The position numbers and the translations under genes were made by a program. Below the pieces are notes generated by a model. The model saw nothing but the letters and a program-made list of their open reading frames with translations, ran no database searches and had not been told where the DNA came from. DNA of 59,401 nucleotides from a virus (lineage: Duplodnaviria > Caudoviricetes), in the IMG/VR virus record IMGVR_UViG_3300009168_000012, positions 1 through 59,401 of that record; one strand, 5' to 3'. This document shows positions 8,646 through 16,934 of the stretch, in pieces. Numbering within the stretch: the stretch's first letter is position 1; every line of letters starts with the position of its first letter.

Positions 8646-8870
8646 ATGACAACGCAAGAAGTTATTGATAAATATTTTAAGGATGATAAAGTTCTGTTTT
8701 TTCAATCATCAGATTATCACCGAATGATTGAAGGTGATACCTGTTTAAAATACGAAAAAACAGGTAAAATTGAATTGTGGTTTTCAGGAAATAATGGTGA
8801 AGTTTGCCTTATTGCAACAGATAATGGAGATAAACTGAAAGCTGTTATTGAAGCAATCATTTATGGATAA
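8646..8870 (+). CDS. Hypothetical protein
   Basis: 74-aa ORF. Confidence 0.7.
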   Translation: MTTQEVIDKYFKDDKVLFFQSSDYHRMIEGDTCLKYEKTGKIELWFSGNNGEVCLIATDNGDKLKAVIEAIIYG

Positions 8871-8876
8871 AAATAA

Positions 8877-8920
8877 AGTCAAAATAAATTTGGTCATGTG
8901 AAACCTCAACCATATTTTTG
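8877..8920 (+). promoter_or_regulatory. Early promoter P6
   Basis: AGTCAAAATAAATTTGGTCA...TATTTTTG then TGTCTCACA. Confidence 0.85.
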
Positions 8921-8945
8921 TGTCTCACAATTAAACCAATATTAA

Positions 8946-9371
8946 ATGACACTTTCAGCACAACTTAACAGAATCAGGGTTCAACAGGCAATCAGCAAAG
9001 CATTCAACAACACTGAAGCAACAATCATCAATGGCATGCAAACTTATTCTTCAATCAATGAAGCATTCAAAAATGGTTCAGGTGACAGGTTCTTCACAAT
9101 CAATGGAAGATATGTTGCACTGTCAAGACACCTTGACAATATTGAAGAAATGATTGAACGTGGTTTCACCTTCATGCAGTATGAAGAAGTAATCATTGCA
9201 TCTTCAGTCCTTGTGGCCACAATGGATGGCAACCCTGAAGTCCAGTTAAGACAAAATGGTGACAGGTGGTGGATGATAAGCAACAAAACCGGAATGCACA
9301 CAATCAGCAGTCCAGAACTTGACACAAGGGTTTATGCACACTGGAACCAATTCCAACAAAACCAAAACTAA
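8946..9371 (+). CDS. Hypothetical early protein
   Basis: 141-aa ORF downstream of P6. Confidence 0.75.
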   Translation: MTLSAQLNRIRVQQAISKAFNNTEATIINGMQTYSSINEAFKNGSGDRFFTINGRYVALSRHLDNIEEMIERGFTFMQYEEVIIASSVLVATMDGNPEVQLRQNGDRWWMISNKTGMHTISSPELDTRVYAHWNQFQQNQN

Positions 9372-9421
9372 AAAAATCAGGTGGTGAGCATGAAACCTCA
9401 CCACCTTCACAATCAATAAAA

Positions 9422-9670
9422 ATGAAAAAATCCTTTTTTAGAAATTGGCATAAACCAAGCCAATGGTTCAGGACAAAACAAAAAGAACTCAAATTTGTCA
9501 TGCCAAGGAAAGACGGCAAATGCTTGGAGATTACTGCAACAGCAGGTGATGGAACTGAATTGACATTGCACCTTGATGAAGAACTCACAAAATTATTCCT
9601 GCTGCACCTTGACCGAAGTTGGTATGGTAAAATAGTAACAAGGGAAATGTATGGACTTCCAACCTTATAA
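9422..9670 (+). CDS. Hypothetical protein
   Basis: 82-aa ORF. Confidence 0.65.
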   Translation: MKKSFFRNWHKPSQWFRTKQKELKFVMPRKDGKCLEITATAGDGTELTLHLDEELTKLFLLHLDRSWYGKIVTREMYGLPTL

Positions 9671-9700
9671 AAATTTTTAAAACCTCAACAAATCACAACC

Positions 9701-9937
9701 ATGATTGAACAATTAACCATTACCATTGAAGCTGATTCCAAGCAAGAACTTTATGCTGTCAAAGAAAAACTGATTGCAGCCATTGCAGATAATCCCTTCC
9801 TCAATGAAACCTGCAAACTTGTCTTCTTCCAAAATGACCTTCTTAAAAATGCCCAACTTGAAGACCTTAACCAAAATTGGAACATGGGTTTTATTGACAG
9901 GGAAACTTATGAAAAACTCAAAAAAAGATTCTCTTAA
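9701..9937 (+). CDS. Hypothetical protein, SHOCT-like C-terminus
   Basis: ends GFIDRETYEKLKKRF. Confidence 0.65.
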   Translation: MIEQLTITIEADSKQELYAVKEKLIAAIADNPFLNETCKLVFFQNDLLKNAQLEDLNQNWNMGFIDRETYEKLKKRFS

Positions 9938-9946
9938 CTTTGCATA

Positions 9947-10032
9947 ATTGTTCAGGCAGGTTCCTGTGAGAAGTTCCCTGCATTACTGAACAATCATTGG
10001 TTGGCACCTGAAAAGGTTGTCAACCTTTTTTT
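9947..10032 (+). ncRNA. Candidate sRNA with loop seed UGUGAGAA
   Basis: TAACTTTG -7 box at 9935-9942; stems ATTGTTCAG/CTGAACAAT and GCAGG/CCTGC; terminator GGTTGGCA..TGTCAACC plus T7. Confidence 0.6.
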
Positions 10033-10260
10033 ATTCCCTCTCACAAATCAATCCCTTGCCACCTTCCTTCCCTTTTAACACCTTCAGGCAACTCTTCCTT
10101 CATCCAACCCGCAAAACCCGCTAAAACCACCTCAAAACCCTTAAAACAGATGAGGTAAAACCTTTCATGTTTTATACAGTAACTTTTATTTAATTTTCCC
10201 TCATCAAAATTGAGCAGATATGCACATTTTGTGGAAGATTTACTTGGTCATAACAGAACA

Positions 10261-10284
10261 AAAATGTTCCATGTGAAACATTTT
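10261..10284. promoter_or_regulatory. parS-like palindrome
   Basis: AAAA-TGTTCCATGTGAAACA-TTTT; one mismatch to TGTTNCACGTGAAACA. Confidence 0.6.
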
Positions 10285-10352
10285 CCCGAAATGTCATCCA
10301 TAATATTATGAACTTCACTTTGTTAATCCATTAACAGTCAACACAATAAGCA

Positions 10353-10778
10353 ATGGAAGATTCCACAAATGTTCCACAAAAGAAAAATGGTGGGTATAAA
10401 AAACTGAATGGAGAAGATGGAAAACACTTTTCAAAAGATTATCAACCGTCAAATGCAGTCAAGCAAGCAGGTTGGGACAGGAAGAAATTCACAAGGCAAG
10501 TCCTGAAGGAAATGCTTGACATGAAGTACAAGTTTTCAGCCAAATCACCAATCAAAAAATCATTGGTTGCTGCTTATGGTGAACAAGTGCTGGACATGAC
10601 TGTTGGACAATTGATGGGACTTCAGCAAATGGAAAAGGCAATCAAGAAGAGTGATTCAATTGCATTCACTGCAATGATAAATCAGGCACTTGGAATGCCA
10701 AAACAAGAAACTGAAATCACTGAAAGGAAGATTGTTGTTACCCGAAAAAAAGATATTGAATTAAATGAAGGAAGTTGA
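10353..10778 (+). CDS. terS: Terminase small subunit (putative)
   Basis: Overlaps terL start; FSKDYQP N-terminus and GMPKQETEI C-terminal pattern. Confidence 0.7.
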   Translation: MEDSTNVPQKKNGGYKKLNGEDGKHFSKDYQPSNAVKQAGWDRKKFTRQVLKEMLDMKYKFSAKSPIKKSLVAAYGEQVLDMTVGQLMGLQQMEKAIKKSDSIAFTAMINQALGMPKQETEITERKIVVTRKKDIELNEGS

Positions 10779-12426
10779 AATTGATGAAGGAATTTATCTT
10801 GATTGTTTTCAACACCTCATTGACCTTCATGATGACATTGACATTGAATTGATTTTTGGTGGAAGGGATTCAGGGAAGTCAAAATTTGTTGCTCAACTTT
10901 TCAGTGAAGCATGCATGTCACTTCCTTACTTCAGAGCATTGCTTATCAAGCAGACTTATGAAAGCATAAAGGAATCCCAATGGCAAATGATAAAGGACAA
11001 TGTTGAAGATTGGGATTGCAATGAAATGTTCACCTTCCTTGTCTCACCCTTATCCATTAAATGCTTCAATGGAAATTCCATGCATGCAAGAGGTATGGAT
11101 AATCCTTCACAAATACGTTCATTCACCAATCCTTCACATGCTTGGATTGAGGAAGCAAACCAACTGAATGAAGATGCTTTTGTCAATATCCTGACAGGTT
11201 TAAGAAGTGATTATGGGAGGGTGAAATTATATCTAACTTTTAACCCTGAAGCAACAACACCTGATTACACTGATTTTTGGATTTACAAAACCTTTTATAA
11301 AGCACATGAACCCAATGTCAACTTCACCGGAAACATTGAAGTGAAATACATTAAGGATGGCAAGGAAAAAACTGCTGTTCTGAAATATCGTTCAACCCAT
11401 GTCACTTATCAGGACAATCCATATGCAAGTCCACAAAGAATTGCATTCCATGAAAGTCTTAAACTGAACAATCCTTATTGGTACAGGGTGTTCACATTGG
11501 GATTGTGGGGAAATGTTGAAAATGATTCACCTTGGGCATTTGCTTTTAAACGTGACAAGCATGTGAGCAATGGTGTCAATATCCCTCATCCAATCCTTGA
11601 CAGGAACCATGAGGTTTATTTATCGTGGGACTTCAACCGCAACCCAATGACATGCACTGTCATCCAATGGTTTAATAATATTGTGAAGGTGCTGGAAGTG
11701 GTAAGGATTCCCAAAGGTGGTGTTGATGGTGTGTGTGAATATGTGCTTATCAAATATCCTGCATGCCTGTTCATTGTGACAGGTGACTACAATGGGAACA
11801 ATGTATCATCTTTATTTCAGGAGCAGGTGACACATTACTTATTGATTAAGCATTACCTGAAATTAAGTGACAATCAATTCAAGGTTAAACCAAATCCTTC
11901 CCAAGCAAAAAACTCAACTCATATCAATTCAGTGCTGGCATATTACAATGTCATCATTCATGGCACTGATGCAAATTCCTTGGTGTTTGATTTGGAGAAT
12001 GTAAAAAGGAGAGCAGACGGAACCATTGTGAAAACTGACAGGAACAACCCTGCACAACAATCAGATTCCCTTGACTGCTTCAGGTACTTTTGCAATGCCT
12101 TTTTGGATTGGTTTAAACCTTTACCGGAAAATAATAATGACAGGTATCAGTTACTTAATAAGGTAAACCCGACAAATGGAACCATTATTGATGAGCAGAA
12201 GTTGCTTCAGGATAAACTGAACAGCATTGTCAAACCATTGAACCCATTTATTGCAAGTGTGGAAGCTGGAAGACACATTGAATGCACAACTGAACAATAT
12301 ATTTCATTCATTCGCAATGACTTAATAAATAAAGCAACCAAATGGATTGAACAGAATGAACTTCCAAGAGCAAGATTTGCAATGGAGGAAGTGAAGAGAT
12401 TGGACAAAAAGCACTTACCTTCATAA
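10765..12426 (+). CDS. terL: Terminase large subunit (PBSX/Terminase_3-like)
   Basis: GGRDSGKS Walker A, WIEEANQ Walker B, TFNP, SWDFN and DSLDCFRY nuclease motifs. Confidence 0.95.
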   Translation: MKEVEIDEGIYLDCFQHLIDLHDDIDIELIFGGRDSGKSKFVAQLFSEACMSLPYFRALLIKQTYESIKESQWQMIKDNVEDWDCNEMFTFLVSPLSIKCFNGNSMHARGMDNPSQIRSFTNPSHAWIEEANQLNEDAFVNILTGLRSDYGRVKLYLTFNPEATTPDYTDFWIYKTFYKAHEPNVNFTGNIEVKYIKDGKEKTAVLKYRSTHVTYQDNPYASPQRIAFHESLKLNNPYWYRVFTLGLWGNVENDSPWAFAFKRDKHVSNGVNIPHPILDRNHEVYLSWDFNRNPMTCTVIQWFNNIVKVLEVVRIPKGGVDGVCEYVLIKYPACLFIVTGDYNGNNVSSLFQEQVTHYLLIKHYLKLSDNQFKVKPNPSQAKNSTHINSVLAYYNVIIHGTDANSLVFDLENVKRRADGTIVKTDRNNPAQQSDSLDCFRYFCNAFLDWFKPLPENNNDRYQLLNKVNPTNGTIIDEQKLLQDKLNSIVKPLNPFIASVEAGRHIECTTEQYISFIRNDLINKATKWIEQNELPRARFAMEEVKRLDKKHLPS

Positions 12427-12459
12427 CTGTTCATTTGTATGATATTAAATTTTATTGGG

Positions 12460-12490
12460 CAGGGGAGGTTTCCACCTTCCCTTTTTTTTT
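12460..12490 (+). terminator. Intrinsic terminator
   Basis: GGGGAGG..CCTTCCC plus T9. Confidence 0.7.
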
Positions 12491-12593
12491 GCATTTTTTA
12501 TGCATAACATTTACTTTCACATTCTTCTTCCGGTTGTAATGCGTTAAGCAGCAACAAAACAGCTACCCATTTTTTTTCAATCTTCCATTCATC

Positions 12594-12938
12594 ATGTTGG
12601 AATATTTTGCATTGGTGGTTGTCACTTCCTTCAAGATTATTTTCATTTACACAGCCATGAAGGAGGGGATGATATTTCATTTCATCCCAAGATTATTTGA
12701 ACACTTGTGGGCTGCATTACCTGCAAAGAATTGGGCATTAACACTTGCCTGTTATGCAAGAAAACCTTTATATGGTTGTCCAGTATGCATGGCAAGCATT
12801 TGGGGAACCCTGTTCACATTAAGTAAGTTTTCCCTGACATGGGATTACTTGCTTTTTTTATTTGCCATTGGTGGTTGTAATTATATCATTGATTCATTAA
12901 TTGCTAAATCCAAATCAGATGAAGGAGAAGAAGAGTGA
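12594..12938 (+). CDS. Membrane protein, DUF1360-like
   Basis: Hydrophobic segments and CPVCMASIW motif. Confidence 0.6.
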   Translation: MLEYFALVVVTSFKIIFIYTAMKEGMIFHFIPRLFEHLWAALPAKNWALTLACYARKPLYGCPVCMASIWGTLFTLSKFSLTWDYLLFLFAIGGCNYIIDSLIAKSKSDEGEEE

Positions 12939-13167
12939 ACTGGAATCCCTTGGGTGGATTTGCAGTAAATGTGCATGCCCAAGTGGACAGGGTTTTGATT
13001 GTGCCAACAAGGACTTCAGAGGGTTCCTTGTTTTATTGCGTCCAAAGCTGTTCAAGATACTGAACAAAGGTCATGTCATTCAAGCTGGCCACCATTATCA
13101 ACTTAAAGAAAACCTTGTCAAAAATGGTCTTACAAAAGATAATCAACAGGATATTCAGAAAAAATAA
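12919..13167 (+). CDS. Hypothetical Cys-rich protein
   Basis: LGWICSKCAC; overlaps both neighbours. Confidence 0.6.
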   Translation: MKEKKSELESLGWICSKCACPSGQGFDCANKDFRGFLVLLRPKLFKILNKGHVIQAGHHYQLKENLVKNGLTKDNQQDIQKK

Positions 13168-13756
13168 ATTCCCCAAGGTCAATGCACCAATCAAGCATGC
13201 ATTCACTTGTGGTGGCATTGATTACTTCCAGTTTGAGGACTTCAACAATGTTCCTGCATTGCGTGGATTGAAGACGATGGTGTTTTATGAGGAAATGAGA
13301 ATGAAATGCAGCATGGAATATTTGAAGGAGCATGTCAAAGCAGTGGATGAACAGTTGCTTAAAACCAAGATAAACATTTACAACATTAAGAAGCTGAATG
13401 ACCAACTGAATCAGAGGTTGGAAATTGCCATTGACATGGAGTTGGTTTATAAGATTGCAAGCATTGTGTTTTTTACTGCTGATGAGAATGTCAATGATTA
13501 TGATTATGCATTGAATGCAAGGAAGGTTTCACACTGGAAAAAATATGGTGGAACTGATTTTTTTTTGCTGAATCCTTTGCAGGAGTTGTTGCCTGTTTTA
13601 AAGAATATGAATGGGAATTTAAGGAATTATATTCAAGTACAGGAAAAGTTAAATCAGATTCATTTGGACACTTTATTACAAATGTTGCCGGAAGAACAGA
13701 CAAAGAAATTGAAAGGCAAATCTTATTTATCGCTGACAATGAACCCTCAAAAATAA
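13124..13756 (+). CDS. Tail assembly chaperone (G-like)
   Basis: Precedes tape measure; contains T9 slippery run at DFF. Confidence 0.65.
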   Translation: MVLQKIINRIFRKNKFPKVNAPIKHAFTCGGIDYFQFEDFNNVPALRGLKTMVFYEEMRMKCSMEYLKEHVKAVDEQLLKTKINIYNIKKLNDQLNQRLEIAIDMELVYKIASIVFFTADENVNDYDYALNARKVSHWKKYGGTDFFLLNPLQELLPVLKNMNGNLRNYIQVQEKLNQIHLDTLLQMLPEEQTKKLKGKSYLSLTMNPQK

Positions 13757-13860
13757 AGGATGTAATGGAGTTAACATTGTGGAGGTATATGTTCATTTTA
13801 AATGAAAGGATGAAGAAACCTGTCAAGCAGTTTGAAAGATTAAATGGAAAAGAATATTAA
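13558..13860 (+). CDS. -1 frameshift extension of tail chaperone (GT-like)
   Basis: -1 frame opens right after TGA at the T run and stays open 100 codons: ...FIADNEPSKIKDVMELTLWRYMFILNER... Confidence 0.7.
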   Translation, partial: FFFAESFAGVVACFKEYEWEFKELYSSTGKVKSDSFGHFITNVAGRTDKEIERQILFIADNEPSKIKDVMELTLWRYMFILNERMKKPVKQFERLNGKEY

Positions 13861-13874
13861 ACAACTTTTAAATC

Positions 13875-16800
13875 ATGGCAACTGATAATATTTTAATAAA
13901 TGTAGGTGTTCAGACAACAGGTGTTCCCGAAGCAAAGAAGCAGGTTGACAGCATGACCGATTCTGAAAAGAAGGCAAGGGAAGAAGCTGATAAGATGAAT
14001 AAGGAGATTGCTGAACGTCAAAAATTGTTGGGTGATGCAGGAACCAAACTTGATGAATATGTCAACAAATTAAGGAACAGTCAAAAAGCTGCTGTTGGTG
14101 CATTTGGCACCAAGCAACTGAAGGATTTTGAAGCACAGGCAACCAAGTCCTTTAAGACCATGATAAGTGGAGCGCAAAAAGGGACAGTAAGTGTGAATGA
14201 TTTTAACAAGTCCATTCATGCAATGGTGACAGGTGGATTGACTGAAGCAGGTGTTTCCATTGTGGAATTTAAGACTGCACTGCAAGCTGCTGGAATGACA
14301 ATGGAAGATTTTGTTGATACCATTCAAGGCAATGTGGTTGGTGAGTTGGGTGACCAATTTCAGCAGGTGGAAGGAAGAGCAGTAAGCATGAAAACAAGGT
14401 TGAGGGAGTTATCACAAGCAATGCAGGTGATGGAAGCAAATGGGATTGAAGATTCACAAGCATTCATGGACATGGCCATTGAAGCTGGCCAACTGCAAGA
14501 CCAAATTGGTGACACTGCTGAAAGGATAAGAGCATTGTCTTCAGATACAAAAGGATTGGACACTGCTGTTGAAGGAATCAGAATGTTTGCAACAGGTTTC
14601 CAACTGGCAGAAGGTGCTGTTGCATTATTTGGTGAAGAGAATGAGGACATGCAAAAGGCATTGGTGAAACTCAATGCACTGATGGCAGTGACCAACAGTT
14701 TGAAGGAGGTGGAGAATTTTTTAAGAGGTCAAAGCATCCTGAAGATTCAGTTGGAAACTGCTGCACAAAAGGTGTATGCATTTGCAGTTGGTACAAGTAC
14801 AGGAGCAATGAAAGCATTCAGGATTGCACTGCTGGCAACAGGGATTGGAGCAGTGATTGCAATAATTGCATTGGCGGCAAAAGGCATGTATGACTATGCA
14901 AAAAGCATTGAAGATGCAAATTGGAAAGCAAAGCTGATGACAGAAATGAACAAGGAAATTTCTGAATCTGCTGGAAAGGAAACTGCTGATTTGAAGATAT
15001 TGAAAGCACAGGTGGAATCCACCAATGTTCCAATGGAAACAAGATTGCAGATTGTTAAGGATTTGAAAGAAGAATATCCTGATTATTTTGCAAAACTGAC
15101 CAATGAACAAATCCTTACAGGGAAGGTTGGGAATGCTTATGATTTAACTGCTGCATCCATATTGAGGAAAGCAAGAGCAAATGCAGCAGCAGCACAAATG
15201 GAAAAACTTGCTGCTGAAAATTTACAGATTGAATTGGATTTGGAATTAAAAGCAGCAGAAGCAAACAAGAAACTTGCAGAAGCAAAGGATGACACTGCAA
15301 CTGTTTCAGGAGGTACAGCAGGAACAGGTGGCAATTATGGTGGTGTTTCAAAGGAAGCAAAGCAGAAGCAGATTAAGGAAAATTTTCAAATGGAGAAGGA
15401 TGCTGCAAGAGATTCTTTAAGGTTGAATGGTGAGAAAATGAATTTTCTTCTGAAAGCAACTGTTGATGGAGCAAGGGGAATGGTTGAAATTGATAAGAAG
15501 AAGGAAGAAAAAATCAAGGATGATTCCAAGGAAAAGGAAAAGGAAAGACTTGCTTTAATTGAAGCTGATAAAAAGGCAAGGGATGAAGCTGCAAAAGTTA
15601 TCATTGAAGGTGAGATTGAAAAGCAAAAAGCAATTCTTGAAAATGAGAAGAATGGTTTTGCATTAAGAGCAGCAGCAGCAGGTGAGATTGTTGAATTGCA
15701 ATACATGCTTATCAATCTTCAAAAAAGGGTGGCACTGGAAGCTGCAAAAACAGAAGGTGAAAAAATCCTTGCATTGACTGCTGAAAAGGTTGCAATTGAA
15801 GGAGTGAATGCAGGTTATACCAAAACAATTGCATTATTGAAGGAGCAAATGAAAGCAACAGTCCTTGCAAAACCACCTGAAGCAATTGCTGATGCAGGTG
15901 AACCGCAATGGTTGAAGGATGCAAGAGCCCACCAAGACAAGTTGACTAAAACTTATATTGATGGAATTGAGAAGAGGAAGAAAAAACAGGATGAATTTAC
16001 AGATTATATGAATAGTGTTGGACAGCAGATGGTGAAGACATTTGGTGATAATGCTGCAACCCAAATCTTCCAACAAGCAACTGATGTGAAGAAAAAACTT
16101 GATGACCTTAATGCCAAGCATGATTTGGGACAGATTAATGCAGACAAGTTGCAGGTTGAAAAAAGGAAGGTGATTGCAATGGCTGCTGCACAAACAATTG
16201 CAAGTGTGTTCAATGAAATTCAAGCTGCACAAGCACAAGCAAGGCAAGCACAATTGGAAAAGGATATTGAGGAATTGAACACAAGGAAGGAAGCAGAATT
16301 GAATGCTAAAAATTTAACTGAACAGAACAAAGATGATATTAATAAAAGGTATGCAGCAAAGGAAAGGCAATTAAAGCTGAAAGCATTTGAGGAAGATAAA
16401 AAAGCAAAAAAGTCATCAGCAATCATCAATGGTTTGGTTGGAATTACAAATGCACTGGCCACTGCACCAACAATCATTGCAGGTGTCATCCTTGCTGCTG
16501 TTGTTGCTGCAACCACTGCAATCAGTGTTGCAAAAATCAGTGCTCAACAACCGGGATTCAGAAAAGGTGGTTGGACAGGTAATAAGAGGAAGGATGAAGT
16601 TGCAGGTGTTGTGCATGGAAGGGAATGGGTGACAACTGCTGAAGCAACTGAAAAATACAAACCTGCATTGGAAGCAATGCATGAAATGAAGTTTGAAGAA
16701 TATCTTGCCAAGGTTGCACCACATTATTCAATGCCTGTCATGAATGAATTATCACCAACTCATGTCAATCAAAATGGGTTCATAATTGATTATGACAGGA

Positions 16801-16934
16801 TTGGTCAATCAGTTGCAAAATATACTGATGGAAGACCAAGGATGACCATGAATGCTGATGCAAATGGGTTGTCAATATATCTGGAAGAAAGGAACAATAT
16901 CACAAGGATTCAGAATAAGAGGTATTCATTATGA
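13875..16934 (+). CDS. Tail tape measure protein
   Basis: 1019 aa, Ala/Lys/Glu-rich helical; ALLATGIGAVI and GFRKGGWTG..AGVVHGREWV motifs. Confidence 0.9.
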   Translation: MATDNILINVGVQTTGVPEAKKQVDSMTDSEKKAREEADKMNKEIAERQKLLGDAGTKLDEYVNKLRNSQKAAVGAFGTKQLKDFEAQATKSFKTMISGAQKGTVSVNDFNKSIHAMVTGGLTEAGVSIVEFKTALQAAGMTMEDFVDTIQGNVVGELGDQFQQVEGRAVSMKTRLRELSQAMQVMEANGIEDSQAFMDMAIEAGQLQDQIGDTAERIRALSSDTKGLDTAVEGIRMFATGFQLAEGAVALFGEENEDMQKALVKLNALMAVTNSLKEVENFLRGQSILKIQLETAAQKVYAFAVGTSTGAMKAFRIALLATGIGAVIAIIALAAKGMYDYAKSIEDANWKAKLMTEMNKEISESAGKETADLKILKAQVESTNVPMETRLQIVKDLKEEYPDYFAKLTNEQILTGKVGNAYDLTAASILRKARANAAAAQMEKLAAENLQIELDLELKAAEANKKLAEAKDDTATVSGGTAGTGGNYGGVSKEAKQKQIKENFQMEKDAARDSLRLNGEKMNFLLKATVDGARGMVEIDKKKEEKIKDDSKEKEKERLALIEADKKARDEAAKVIIEGEIEKQKAILENEKNGFALRAAAAGEIVELQYMLINLQKRVALEAAKTEGEKILALTAEKVAIEGVNAGYTKTIALLKEQMKATVLAKPPEAIADAGEPQWLKDARAHQDKLTKTYIDGIEKRKKKQDEFTDYMNSVGQQMVKTFGDNAATQIFQQATDVKKKLDDLNAKHDLGQINADKLQVEKRKVIAMAAAQTIASVFNEIQAAQAQARQAQLEKDIEELNTRKEAELNAKNLTEQNKDDINKRYAAKERQLKLKAFEEDKKAKKSSAIINGLVGITNALATAPTIIAGVILAAVVAATTAISVAKISAQQPGFRKGGWTGNKRKDEVAGVVHGREWVTTAEATEKYKPALEAMHEMKFEEYLAKVAPHYSMPVMNELSPTHVNQNGFIIDYDRIGQSVAKYTDGRPRMTMNADANGLSIYLEERNNITRIQNKRYSL

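Noticed and set aside
1320-8920. CRISPR-like or attC-like array from the repeated intergenic motif
   Set aside because: Copies are separated by whole genes and match the Bacteroidota promoter consensus; no cas or integrase gene
10228-10380. DnaA boxes
   Set aside because: TTCCACAAA matches TTATCCACA only partly; the initiator and its repeats lie at 52 kb
14070-16724. Many minus-strand ORFs opposite long genes (also 20890-21450, 53061-53711, 58568-59020)
   Set aside because: Shadow ORFs, favoured by TAG/CTA scarcity; no leaders or motifs
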